Positions 26,601-39,963 of a DNA stretch of 60,000 nucleotides are shown one piece after another. The translations under genes and the position numbers were made by a program. The notes under the pieces were generated by a model. The model saw nothing but the letters and a program-made list of their open reading frames with translations. It ran no database searches and was not told the origin of the DNA. The stretch is from Botryllus schlosseri (lineage: Eukaryota). The stretch is from positions 2,916,001-2,976,000 of the forward strand of contig CM119371.1 in NCBI GenBank assembly GCA_051294905.1. The letters run 5' to 3'. The first letter of the stretch is position 1; every line of letters starts with the position of its first letter.

Positions 26601-27583
26601 CTGCAATGGTAGTCACAAAGTCACAAATATGTTTACAGACAGACTTGCGCAACAGGTGTTAAAAACAAAACTTTTTTTCAAATTTTCATCGCTTCAATTG
26701 ACAAATCGTCAGGTTATCTTGAAAAAACGTTGCGCACCAAATTTGACTCAATTCCAACCAGCACATGCCGAGGTCATTCAAATTGAAATTATGCTCATTT
26801 TTAAATAATAGCATTCACGGTGACCAATTTCGTCACACTGACATGACCAAAAATCGTGTTCCAGGTATTTCTTGGTGGCCATGACAAGGGCCTATGGTAG
26901 AGTTTGTATGAAGACATCGCCAGTAAACGAAAAAAAGATATGACATGGATTAGCTGGAAATTAGTCCACTTCATTGAAATAGACATGGTAAAACGATGGT
27001 GAGATTATTTTCATATATAGTAGGCCTACTTTATGCTCAGAAATTACATAACCTGACAATTGGACAACCAAGTCGATGAAATTTGAAAAAATAAAGTCAT
27101 TTTGAACAATCCTATCTTGCAGGTATTGCAAGCTCAAAATCATGACTACTGACTGACAGCCTGAGGATGGGTTTTGAGCGTCACAACTCCCGCTATTTCA
27201 AGCTCGAAACCGCGTCCTTTCGAAAGTCGATTCTATCTCCAATACTTCTTAGTTCATTTGTAATTCAGTAGTTTGTATTATTATCAGTTATTACTTCGTT
27301 GTATTTTAGTTAGTACGGCATCAGATTTTCAAAGGTTGTTAGTTCTAGATCTGACTGAAGTTGCAAGTTTTGCAAAGCGAGTACAGATTTTGGAAATCCA
27401 GTAGTTTGTACGAGTCTGGTTACGGCGCCGGAATGGTGGTTTAAAATTAAGCATGAACGTATCTACACACGTTTTCCTTGCCATTCAGCGAGTCGATACA
27501 ATTTGTCACTTCTTCGGAAGTGAGGTCTTGAATTGGACGAGACCACATCCCTTGCATATGCCAATGGTGGAATGGATGGAGAT
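23661..27583 (-). pseudogene. RBM28: Third partial RBM28-like exon relic set
   Basis: 27583-27482 (IGICKGCGLVQFKT, RNP1-like); 26600-26456 (LDGNETRVNQVVSR...*..DGKRNLYLGRKVFVQPG); duplicate RNP1 exon 25782-25692 (GMSKGCTHVQFMT); 23797-23661 (start of RRM4 region). Confidence 0.72.
23891..24225 (+). repeat. Partial GACTCGAGTC-family MITE (left part)
   Basis: Starts CAGGGTTGTTGACTCGAC and matches the family internal sequence; right TIR absent. Confidence 0.75.
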
Positions 27584-27981
27584 CTGAATACAAGATGTCA
27601 AAGTGAAAGCAACATATTGAAATATCTGAAAACGTGCTGGAAAACAATGAACATGCATCTGATGACCAGACGCACAATGCATTTAATATCAAAAAGGAAG
27701 CATCAACTTTCTCACTAAATCTGACTTTTTATATTTGCTTTCGACTTCCATGCACTTGCCGTTTACACAGATTGAGTTCATTTTGATTTTTGGATGACGG
27801 ATATTGATCAGTGATCGGCAAATTGTGGGTCGTGACCCCAAGCGGGGTGACCAAAACTATTTAAGGGGTCGCAATGACTCAATGACGTTCAACCCATGTG
27901 GATTTGTGTCTTAAACTGTCTTAAACTTTCATTCACTTTATCATATTCCTTAGTTGGTCGGACTGATACTGAGATGCCAAC

Positions 27982-29998
27982 CAGACATGGGGTGATTACT
28001 TCATGAATGTAATCGATTGCGATTACGATTACTTCGGAATCACGCGATTACGATTACGATTACAGCAAAATCAGGAAGTAGTCGATTACGATTACGATTA
28101 CATTGGAAAAGTAATCACGATTACTCACGATTACATTTATTTTGCATCTTGGTAGTTATATTGGAAGACAATATATGGATTGCGCTGAAAAGGCCTAATG
28201 AGATGACATATTTCTTTAAAACAGATGCGAAATTTGCTTGTTACGTCACAATGCACATATTGCCCATTTAATAAAGGACAATTTATCGCGCCCAATGATT
28301 TGCATTATTGCCAGGTCCATAGCTGCTGCACCCCGCATGCTCCAATAGGGTGTGCAGCGTGCTCGGAGGGGACTCAAAAGTATTTCGTGAACCAACATAA
28401 ATTATAGCGTATTCTCGACAGATTTCATTAACTTGAAAATTCTCTTTGAGCTTTGCCATTTAAATGTCTCTAGATAGCTTGATTTCGAAGTGCAAACGTC
28501 TCCCCTCAAGAAATAAAGGATGCATAACTCATAGTAATAGGCATTATGGTGCCAGTCAATACCGCGCCCCGACACACCAAAAGACATATGCAGTTTAGGC
28601 CAACATGCGACTCTACGAAGTGTGCTATCAAAGAAAGACGTTGGCCGAAATTTGGGGTATGTGTCCATTGTCAATAGCCGCGCTAGGTGGGCGTGACTAA
28701 CAGTCCGGTCCTTCCAATCTGAGCCCACGATGCAAATGCCACGCAGGTACCCACAGAGCATTAGACATGAAAATTTGTGTGTGCGTCTCACGAAAGTTTT
28801 TCTTTTAGTCTGCTAAGTTTGGGCCACTACAATATCTTTTGACTATATAACAGACCGGAGGTCACGAATTAACAACATGCACTACAGCAATTATTGCAAA
28901 ATACCAGATGTTATAATTATGGATTACGCGCCCCCTGCTCTTCAGGTAAGTCTGACCATCGGAGGCTGAGATAGGATTAAAAATGCAATATAATGCAATT
29001 AACAATGTTATTGACGAAATTAAATCTTCAAGTTAAAAATTGACTACCCTTTGGGGGCCCAAGACCAACGTTTGGAGTGGAGGACGATTTTGCTGTTTTG
29101 ATCCAGATTCTAGCTACAACCGACGCTAACATGGTATATACTATAAGCCGGTGGCTATGGCGGCAGGTCCAAATCTTCAGTAAAGAATTGTGAAATAGCA
29201 ATTGACGCCCGTTTGGAGTAGAATAATATGAGAATAAGAGAAGGTGAAAATAAAATTCTGCCTTCAACTTAATACAGATAATGTAATGCAAGCTGCCATT
29301 ACGAGAAACGGCAAAAACGGCGCGGTTATGATATATATCAGCAGCTGTTGATTTTTAATGCTTTGTTGTGGAAACCGTAATATTTTATTTGATGAGTACA
29401 AAATTTCAAATCTTTGTCTGGAGTACGTTCGTACCAGCACATAGGCTTACTGCTCGCCAAGCAGCAACTGTCAAATTGCGTCTAACTAAGCATAACCAAA
29501 CATCAATACAAAAGTTGCTATTCTAAACTAGGCAGAGAGGGGATTAATTATCCTGCAGCGAGGTAGTGGCGTCTGAAATATTTTGATAACCCGATATACT
29601 GAACGGTGGGTGTTTTACAATCACACTAATGTACATCGACTATCTATTTACTATAAGTGTGGAATGTGGATACTTCATACGCAAAGACGAGCACAGCTAA
29701 TAGGCTACTTCTGACGTAATAATGAGCAATGGCATTTAAAAATCAGACGTTTGTGACTCAATAACCGGTATAATATATCTTGCTTGTTAACGAATGTTCA
29801 GTTTATGTCACAGTCGTCGTACAAATAAAAAGTAATCGTTCTTTCACAAAGAAATCGATTAAATATGCGAAGTAGTCGATTACGATTACGATTACTTCGG
29901 AATTTTTTCGAATGTAATCGATTGCGATTACGATTACTTGAAAATGCTGTAATCGTCGTAATCGATTACGATTACTAATCGCGATTACCCCATGTCTG
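27982..29998. mobile_element. Non-autonomous hAT-type element, 2.0 kb, with (GATTAC)n subterminal arrays
   Basis: TIR CAGACATGGGGT...ACCCCATGTCTG; perfect 8-bp TSD ATGCCAAC; GATTAC repeats at 28015-28135 and 29875-29990. Confidence 0.88.
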
Positions 29999-30003
29999 AT
30001 GCC

Positions 30004-30308
30004 AACGTTTGTATATTAAGGCATAGCCATCCATAGAGGCAATTTTCAAGCTTGGGCTATTGTAATGGTTTTGCGCAGAAGACAGAGTATTTGGAATATT
30101 TTGCATCATTCACTCATGGCTCATGAACTAGAGTTGTTCAAGACACAGATTAATAACGTTTGTATAGTAAGGCATAGCCATCCATAGAGGCAATTTTCAA
30201 GCATGGGCTATTGTAATGGTTTTGCGCAGAAGACAGAGTATTTGGAATATTTTGCATCATTCACTCATGGCTCATGAACTAGAGTTGTTCAAGACACAGA
30301 TTAATAAC
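30004..30308 (+). repeat. Near-perfect 151-bp direct tandem duplication
   Basis: AACGTTTGTATA(T/G)TAAGGCATAGCCATCC... starts at 30004 and 30155; very few mismatches. Confidence 0.92.
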
Positions 30309-31519
30309 TTCGCAAAGAGGCAACTGGAGTGGAACATGGCGTTATTGAAAAATCATTATGGTAGTGTTCTGGAAAAAAATACTATGGCGGAAAATAGTTA
30401 GAGGATAATCTTGCATGGCTGCTATGAGGGAAATTGGCATGACACCAAGGAAAAAACACTGCATCATCGATACCAACTTTATTTTTGAAAATTGCAGATT
30501 CTGTCATTTCATTTCACGTTTCTCGCGGAAATGTATCTGAAATTGCGAAAATTACTTCTACATATTATAAGTGACACCTCTATTAGATCAACTTTTTTAA
30601 ACTACTCAATCAAGTAAGTTTAAGACGTTTCCATTTCTACTTCCACTCCACAATGACTACTACGGCTTTACGGTGTAAGTAAGGCGACAGCGGCTTGGCA
30701 CTCGATTTCCCTGCGCGAGAGGGATATTCTTGTTAACTCGTCGCAAAATGCCTCAGATGAAGAGGCATTTTCAGGAGAACAATAAATTAGATTAGAATTA
30801 AAATTAAATCATATGAACATTTCATAAATTAGATTATAATTAGAACTGAAGGTAACTTCACAAATTAGATCAGAATTAGATTACTGGCATTTCACTCTAG
30901 TTTACTGGCACTGTAAATCATAATGACATCTGTTGTATGAGTCGGGTGTGTTTTGACTCAGCATGGCTTGGACAGCTAGATAATTCTAGTTGTCTAATTA
31001 CACTGATTACAGCAAAATGTCTGAAATTTCATTCTAATATAGTTTGTGAAATGTTTCATTGCTCTAACTATAATTCTGATCTAATTTTTGGTTTTCCGGA
31101 AAATGCTACAAGAGAATTGTATCGTGCGAAATGATTCAACTTGGTTTTCAGACATTTGTCGTTCTCATGCTTATCAGAATGAGGTCTAATCTGATATGAA
31201 TTGAACTTACTTACATGCACAAGTTTTTGCGAACTCAGTAATTCTGATTTCAATCTAATTTGTTCAAACTGTGTAGCTTTTACTTTAATTCTAATCTAAT
31301 TTAAAAAAAATTGTACAGTTATAATTCTAATTGTAGCATGATTTGTCAAATACTGTTCAGCTAGCATATCAATTCCAATCTGATTTGAAAAGGCTGCAAA
31401 TGATCTAGTTGTCCAAGTCTGGCTCATAGCAACCCGTGTGGTAGTCGTGTGAAGACCGGTTAGGAACAACTGCTCCAAGGTCATGACAAAAAATGCTAAC
31501 AGTTGTGATGTTGACATAC

Positions 31520-34500
31520 CTCCAACTTTTATCGACGACACTTCTAGGAAGTCGCGAACACAAAGTCCAGTTGTAGAGAAAGAGACGTTTGGATTTTTCA
31601 GTTTGGCCCGTTTTGCCTCTTCAATCGATCCACATTTCTTCCATGCTATTGTGCTGAGAGCTTCAGCGGCTTGCGTTCCTACACATAAAGACACAGTTGG
31701 TCAATATAGTGAGCATTGCAATTTTCTACTGGTGTTAATTGGTTAATAGAAGGTTGATAATTTCGACGTAGCTTCAGGACCAAGGCAAAATGATTCATGA
31801 CACTAACACACAATACACAGGTAGCATCTTCAAAACTATTTTCAAATACTGTGACACAGGGGGCAGTCATTCACTAAAATAAATGATGCAACTTATCCTA
31901 AAACCAATTAAAACTTTTCAAAATTCAAACAATGAGAGAAGTAGTTTGATCTCAAATTTGGCTTGTGTGTTGTCTAAAAACATAACAAGAAGTTCATCAT
32001 GCAGTTCAAGTATTGTACCGTACTGAAAATTTTCAGGAATTAAAATGTAGTCAGATGCTACTCAAGTAATAATTTTCCCAGTAAACTTCAAGTTGTAACA
32101 TTGAATGCAAACTTTACAAGTTGATGGATGATAGCCATTAAAATAGCTAAAAATCTTGAGAACCACTGGTCGATTAGGGGTCATACGGGAACATAACGCT
32201 TAGAAATTATGATGATTCAACAAGATACAAATGTATCGGAAGCTGAATGTTGTAATTGTTGAACAATTGTTGAACAAATATCAAACAATTTAAAAGTAGT
32301 CTATACCCTACAACTCGTTCAAGAGGATTTATTTGTGAAGTCAAAGAAGACTTGCTAGAAAAAATTGTTAAATTTCAACCGCACATTTTGGAGACATCTG
32401 AAAGTGAAATAGAGGTTAACCCACGCCAATGTAGCAACCCTTTGAAAAAAAATTTACGAATCTAAATCAAGTTGGTGGTTCTTAACGGGACTTCGTCTCG
32501 CGGAAAATTCAAACAGTTGGTTTTGTGTCTGAAGCTTGTTGAAAATTGTATTGATTCTGTCATATTTGGCAGGGTGTCGCACTGAGACCGAGATGCCAGT
32601 GGCCCAATATGGAGGCGAAGCTATTCATACAGCTAGGTGATAGGTTAGTGTATTTATGACCTCACAGCATGTCGTAGTGGTCTGGTAGAGAGAGACATGA
32701 GATATTTGGCATTGGCATCATTTACCCATGGCTCAACAGCATGAAGATAGGCCTGTAGAGTTGCTCAACACAGAGATGAATGGATTTGCGAAACTGTGCC
32801 AGCATGGTCACAACTCGAATGGAACAGGGTGTGGAACGGTTGGTTTTTGAAGAAAATATCAGACGTAAAAAATTGTTTCCTGATTATATTGGTAATTCAA
32901 AGCTATGTCATATTTAGAGCGCAATACCACTGAAAACAATCATTTTATAATACTATCGTGATTTCACATTTCCCTGTAATTGCAGCTTCAACATTATTTG
33001 TTACGTTTTTTTAAATATCAGAAAACAATATGGGGTCGAATGTAAATGCTGGTTTGATTTCCATTTATTTTATATTAAAAAAAAATGCCGACCACTGGTC
33101 AAGAGCACGTCACGGCCACTATGGCAATAAATTTGTGCTGTGTATTGGCCCCTTAAGTAGCCTACCTGGTTTTGCAATCCTTGATCTGCCTAGATACAAA
33201 TTCCTCCTGTCCCCTTCTAATACTTTTCTTCTTCTGCTGGTTGAGGAACCTTTACACTTCGGTTTTGCTCACAGCTTAATATACTCGATGCTCATTCCCG
33301 TCCAGGGTCTCACTCTGAAATGACAGTCATCCACAAGCTTACAGTCAGACCAATTAAGATAGTTTAAAGGCAACTAACTAGTGGTTATTCAGTAGTTCTA
33401 GTTGTTTTTGGCAAAAGTAATTTTAAGTCCAGTTGAGGAATTTATGCGATACGGTAAAGTGAGTAATTGTAATAATGCTTTGTAAAAAAATCGTTTGTGA
33501 ATTAGAAAACATGTTTCGTCATTTGGTGCAGATCCGGGTTGTCAAATATACGCCCCGTCAGACGATTTAATCCGGCCCATGAAGCCAGCATGAGTAGATT
33601 GAAAAATGCCCATAAAGTATCCAGCACATTTCAAACAAACGTCGAGCTACTTTATAGGAAACATTTCCTTTAAATATTCCCTCAAGGCAGTAGATGTTCA
33701 CAGGCCACAATATAGTCCTTCGACTGTGCTGTCACAGTTTCCTTCTAGTCACCGTTAGGAACAAGTCAGTGACATTGACACCCAATTTGGAGAAGGAAAA
33801 ACGGTGCACACCGAGTTTCATGAAAAATGGACCCAAAGGTAGTTTTTTACATCCGTACCGGTATCAATATTCATATCCGTGGTTTCATTGCTGTGCCACT
33901 TCAGATTATAAAGTTCCCTCGCACATGTCGATGGCAGAATGATTGATGGTGATCTGAATAGAAGATTTCGAAAACGTTACCAGAATGTATTCAAATACAT
34001 GAATACAAGCCGGCAAGCAAAGTCGTAATGCGTATAACGGCTATACAGACAGTGTGGGCGGCAAAGAAATAGAGACACTAGAGTAGGGGTTCTTAAATAG
34101 GAAAGATGGATTCCTTAGAGGTGCGCAGACTAGTTAACGGGTTCATGAAATGCCAATGTTGAAACTAAAACAACGTTAACACTCACTCTGTCCCTGTTTC
34201 TTGGTATAGTCGAGATTTTAACCGAAATTGATGCTACTCCAGTATAGTTGGCGACATCGACAATATAGCTAAAGCCAGTCTCTAAACAGGGTCTATCAAT
34301 ATAAACTGTCACTTCAGAATTATAGTTTGTGGTTTTCATACAGGGACTGTAAAATTAACGTCAGGAACACAAAATAAAATCAATCCAGAAGTGAATCACA
34401 AATCATCTGTAATAGAGGAAATCCATTTTGTAGAAGATTCATTGTCACATGACTAGATTTGATACCGGTATATCATTTATGCAATCCTCGAATTTCGACA

Positions 34501-37250
34501 TATCTTCAGTTGACATTATCCTTGAATCTCAACTCTAAATCAAGAATAGTATTAGAGTTTAAAATTATGTTTGATATGGTATTTATCAACCATCATAATA
34601 CCGGTAGCCTATATCCATTAACGTAATTTTCCAAGTATAGTACGCCCCCCCCCCCCCCCACGTATAATACGCATTTTAAAATGGCATGCAAATTCTGGGG
34701 AAAAAAACAGTACCAATGTATAGTACGCACCAGGGTTGTAATGACTCGAGTCACGATTTTCTAATGACTTGACTTGACTCGAGTCACGAATTTCTAATGA
34801 CTCAACTTGAATCGAGTCATTTTTTCAAAATGCGAAAATGACTCGACTGTGTATTGACTCGACTTGGACTCGAGTCATAGCGCATGACTCGAACCAAGTC
34901 ATTAACTCGAGACTCAGACGGCCAAGACCGAGATTTCATTGTAATTCCGAAGCCAACACACTATTGGGATTTCGTCTGTTGGTACTGGTTTTTGAAAATG
35001 CGATCAGAAACTGTTAAGAGTGGGAAAATTGGCATATTTTAAAAGCGAACCGTTCGATATCACCAAACAGAGTTATAATAGGTGGGTTTACCAAGACTTT
35101 ATCTGAAAGCTGAGCAGTGAACACGATGACTTGGACTCGGACTCGAGTCATAATTCCAGGACTCGGACTCGGTGGTGAATTGGGATGACTCGACTTGGCT
35201 CGAGTCAAAACTATAAAAGGGAGATTGACTTGTGACTCGGAGCCTTGTGACTTGGCTACAACCCTGGTACGCACCATGCATTCGCAGAGCATGAATAGCT
35301 GTGTTCAAGTATACGGTGTAATTCTTTTTTGCGATGTCACTGTTGAACAATCATGACATAACGATCGTTAATCATTATACAATTAATGGCATAGTATCTA
35401 AAAAATAATAGATTACAGTCAAAGATTGCGAGGCCGGCGCCGCGATAGTTCAGGCCAGCGACATAACATCTTGCGCAGGAGGCCAGATGCGATTGCTCAG
35501 GTTAACGATCATGTCGTGCGTACCAGGCCTGTTGTATATGCGACTGATTACGCAAGTGATTACATCTTGCGCACATGGCCTGTTGTATATGAGATTGTTC
35601 AGGCCTATCGTTGATGGGATGAATTAGCGAGGATTAGCGCGCGCGTGCAGCAATCAATGACCTAATTTTGCTCGCGTACAAACGTCAAACTAACTCAACA
35701 TTAGACTAACTCAACATTAGGTCACGTACTGTGCAGTTATAGTTCCTCAGGAGACTGAGGAGAGTATGAATTGTACTAACCATATGGATGTGATGACTAT
35801 ATTGATTGTGAGGGCAATTTAAAGACACTAGACCAGGATTTCCTAACCTGGGGATAACGGAACCATTGGGAGTGTGCTTATAGTTTAAGATCCATGAGGG
35901 GATACTGTTGAAAACACAACTATGAACCTACACCGTCCCTTATAACATTTGTCCTTAGTTTTGTCTTAAATCCCAATTCTGTCTTATTTTCAGAGCTCAC
36001 AACACCACAAAGTGATGACCATCTATTACTCATAAGGTAGCTTTACAGTTAACAAATAAAGCAAATAACAGCATGAGATGCCATGATCAGGACTGGGCGG
36101 ATATGATAAAGTTTTTTTAATCAGGTTTCCAATTTTGTGTTCAGGGATCCTCGCAACGACCCAAGAAGATTTTGGGGACAAGGCTACATAGGAGGTGAAA
36201 ACACGCTGCACTTGACTCTGGAATAAATTCATTATGATTCAACACACTATTGAGTAGCAACATCGCCAGTTTGGCGAGACCACGGCTGATATGAGGCAGT
36301 ACAAAAAATGATTGAAACCACTACAAATTTATGTAGCCGAATTCCACAGCTATCTTAAAACATATGTAGCGTACTCCAATGGTTACATACACATTTTTAA
36401 GTCGATCAACTAAAAAAATGATGAGAATCCGTCAAATATTGTGACATAAACAAATAGTAATACTTTTACTGGTCAAATTGTTACATAATTTTGAAGCAAA
36501 ACGTGTGTTACCAGGAAAACACTACCTCACAATTCTGTAAATTTTGTGACTACTTCTTTTATCAAGCGACAAGCCTTCAATATCTTGCATTTTGCAATTA
36601 AGGTATAAAACTATAAAATATCTGTCGGATATGGCAGAAAAGTCGTCGCGGAACGGCAATTTGGAACCATCACAAAAGAACCAGGGACTGTAGATTTGTG
36701 CAAACTGCAAACCTAGATAGTTGACGATATACCAACTGGGCCTACTAGCTGCTGGCTTTTAGAGTACCGTAGTTCTAGTTCCAGTTTCGGGGTTTAAAAA
36801 GTGAGTAGTTCTAGGCGGGCAATTCAAAAATCCGGCTGACTGTCAACCACTGTTGCAGTGAGTCTTATGTTACAAACTTATTTGTACCTTGGCATAGCAG
36901 ATCTGTCCATACTCATAAAAAGCCTTGACCAAACCGTCTTCCGTAACATCCAATGACAAATTTGAATAAACACCAGCCGCTCTTCGATAACAGTAGGAAC
37001 TGTCTTGATGCCGCGTTTCTTTCTGGACTTGACACCTGAAAGAAACCAAGCATTAAGACCAAGCATACGCAGTATGCGCCTGAAATATAGTTTTACTGGC
37101 CTCTTATGAATGTATCTATTTTTCCAATGTCGCCAACTATACTACGAGAGTAGCCATAATCAGCAACTTTATCAATGAGAGAGACACGGTGCTAATTTTT
37201 GTTTAATTAACATCGAATTGCATAAAATTACGAGGCAGTTCCATGCTATC
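31520..37250 (-). pseudogene. RBM28: Fourth partial RBM28-like exon relic set
   Basis: 37035-36888 (EERLVFI/SNLSLDVTEDGLVKAFYEYGQICYAK, frameshifted); 33953-33850 (decayed RNP1 exon); 33314-33166 (LDGNEHRVY*AVS...DRRNLYLGR); 31678-31520 (GTQAAEALSTIAWKK...AKRAKLKNPNVSFSTTGLCV). Correct exon order on the minus strand. Confidence 0.74.
34731..35266 (+). mobile_element. hAT-type MITE (GACTCGAGTC family)
   Basis: TIR CAGGGTTGTA...TACAACCCTG; perfect 8-bp TSD GTACGCAC; colinear with 44618-45201. Confidence 0.92.
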
Positions 37251-37646
37251 TATAAGAAAGGGCATAATAATTGTAAGCTATATATACAGTAGACACCCAT
37301 GTTGAGATGGATGCCGACATTAATGCCCCTCAAGTAGAATAATGAAATATTTTCAGGCAAAATCAAGGTGGTAGAAAACATTGTTGCTACTCAAGAACAA
37401 TACCGTAATGAAATATTAGCTGAGAGAGTCCTGAGATAGCTCATAACATAGATGCTAATCAGTATAGTTGGCGAATTCTTCAATTTTTGGCAAAAATTTC
37501 AAATTAGACAGAAATGAGAGGGAGAATCCTATATTATTGTTACACTCGACTGATTTCTATAGACAATGACCCCAACTCGAGCTACATTTAGGGCCAAGCA
37601 TCTAAAATCATTAGGCCTAATCTCTTACTTACATAACAGAATAGAC

Positions 37647-38957
37647 TAGGGTTACCATATCATTGTGAAGCAAATTCCGGACACTCTTTAGTGCCCACTA
37701 GCGGATTTCAAAATGAGGTTTTACACATTGTCCGTCAATATGACGTCACACCAGCAAAGCATTGCTCATCGAGTGTATACACCAGGGGTGTCAAACTCAA
37801 CTTGCGTCGCGGGCCAGATCGAAACCTTCAGAGCACTCGCGCGCGGGTCGGACCAGTCAAATGGTTCCAAAATGTTACCTCAAAATCCATGCCCTTGTTT
37901 TTAACTTGAATCATAGTCGTTTACAGCACTGAATCGCCATTTGTTAGAAATGTGCTGAAAATGCGTGCGTCACGGGTCGGATGAAACTGTCTGGCCGGCG
38001 GGATGCAGCTGGTATACACTATACAGGACCGAAGTGGAGTATACGTCATGAATTGGGACATCTGTAATGTGAGCTCTGGTGATTTCTACTTGCTAGGGTC
38101 TGCAATAAATTCCTATATGGGCTGGATGAAACCGTCTGGCGGGCCGTGTCTGGCCTGTCAGGATTGTGTTTGTTAGGTCAGTGCAGCTATCTGGTTATGT
38201 GTATCAGGTCCGAAACAACATATTTTCTGCCCCCTTTCCCTAAAAAAGCACTGATTTTGGGCCCACCATAGGGTGGTCGATGTAACTTGTTGGACACTGA
38301 CTATATGCATTTACCTGTTAAATTTTATGTATGAATTCCGTCAATATTATTGATTCTTCCATATATTAGGCTCATACAATGCACCAGAGGTCGCACATCC
38401 GGTGATTTCCAACCTTTTATGGTTGCAACCTCATTTCCAACTTGAAAATGTTCGTGGCAAAGTTCAAAACTTGATAAGCTGATTACTAAAAACCTTCAGC
38501 TTGCCTAAACTCACTCACGGCCTAGGAAGCTGATTACGTCCAAAGTCTTCGCGATCCCCAGATAAAGGCAAACGAGCTCAAGATTTGGAACCACTGTCTG
38601 TGACTGAAGCATCCAATCGGCCTTAACCAACTCTAGGAATATACCGTTAGCTTATAATTACGATTACGATCGGACATATTTCAGTGAATGATGGTCATTT
38701 ATATTTATTTTGATCGCATTTTTGATGAGGGTGGTGCCTGGTGCCCATACTAATATCATTAGGCCTATACGTTGCAACGACGCGAAGAAGAATTTTGAAT
38801 AGCATAAATACGCTTGAAAATAATATTGTTTATGTGGATTTACAAAAAACTTCTGAGCCTGCTTCAAGCCTTCAAAATTCCGGACATTTAGGCATATTTT
38901 AGAAATTCCTCCCGGACGCAGTTTTTTCAGTGAAATTCCGGACGTATGGCAACCCTA
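37647..38957. mobile_element. Non-autonomous hAT-type element with nested insertions
   Basis: TIR TAGGGTTACCATA...TATGGCAACCCTA; perfect 8-bp TSD GAATAGAC; subterminal TTCCGGAC motifs at both ends. Confidence 0.85.
37783..38011 (+). mobile_element. Small hAT-type MITE nested in the 37647-38957 element
   Basis: Left end CAGGGGTGTCAAACTC...CGCGGGCC; flanking direct repeat GTATACAC (37775-37782, 38012-38019); right TIR decayed. A related end occurs inverted at about 49490-49560. Confidence 0.7.
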
Positions 38958-39115
38958 GAATAGACCATAACAAAGTGAACAGGATTTCATCGTCAAAATA
39001 GCTCAATTACAGACAAAATTTCAAATCTGCCTTGAAAAAGCCTTTCAATTCCACAGTTGAATGACCAATGATCATTAAAAGCATATTTTCATCATGCTAT
39101 AACTTGGAAACTATA

Positions 39116-39246
39116 GGGGAGAGTGGGTAGGTATGGGCCACTGGGTCACTAATGACAGTCTATACCGAAATTTAGGAATATTAGACAAAGTTTGGCCAAG
39201 TTATAGCTTTGTAAGATTTAGTGGCCCATACCTACCCACTCTCCCC
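39116..39246. mobile_element. 131-bp MITE with 25-bp perfect TIRs and TA flanks (Tc1/mariner-pogo type)
   Basis: TA|GGGGAGAGTGGGTAGGTATGGGCCACT ... AGTGGCCCATACCTACCCACTCTCCCC|TA. Confidence 0.8.
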
Positions 39247-39963
39247 TACTTATGGTATGTAGGCCAATTCATTCAAAATAAATTGATATTTACCAAGATA
39301 TATTCCACTCGTTATGAGAGAAATTTCTGAAAAATATGAAACTAGATGGAGTCCAGATCTATTATCATGGCACAAGCAATCCATTACGCTGGATTGATCA
39401 CAACTCAAGGTCAAACTTGATCAGACTCGCAGCATTGTTTTACATAGAGGTAGGCTACATATTATCTATAGGATTGTGACACAATGATTTGCGTACCAGT
39501 ACTCGAATATGATTCAAGTATCATCAACTCTACTGATTCGAGTCAAATAGTGAAATCTGATTTTTTGGACTAATGAAGCTTTACGCCCAGTTTTATCAAA
39601 AAATTAATAATTGCAAACATTTTCTGAAACTTTGATTGGACATATCGCAACATACAAAATATGTTGTACAAAGCTATGAACGTTAGCGGAAATGACATTT
39701 CTGTGTAACTGTGATCAACTTACAACATTGTCACAGAGACAAATAAAGTATTTTCAAAAAATTCCAAATTATTATTATGTGGTGAAGAGCCGGCCTTATG
39801 TTACGTAGTTACATGAAAAGTAGGGTACATACTCAAGCTTTTGGGACTCCCATATACTTATATCGTCATCATGATTGATTATCAAATACTCGGCGTGAAG
39901 TCAAATACTCATTCAGAATAGAATCACTCAGGTACCGGTATTCGATTTGCCCAGATGTAGAGT

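Noticed and set aside
28402..28791. 129-aa ORF inside the GATTAC element
   Set aside because: GTG start, no recognisable motif or hAT transposase signature; likely chance.
31296..31694. 132-aa ORF as an intact gene
   Set aside because: Only 31678-31520 resembles an RBM28-like exon, and it appears frameshifted near its end relative to the paralogue at 2742-2585; the rest is intron read-through.
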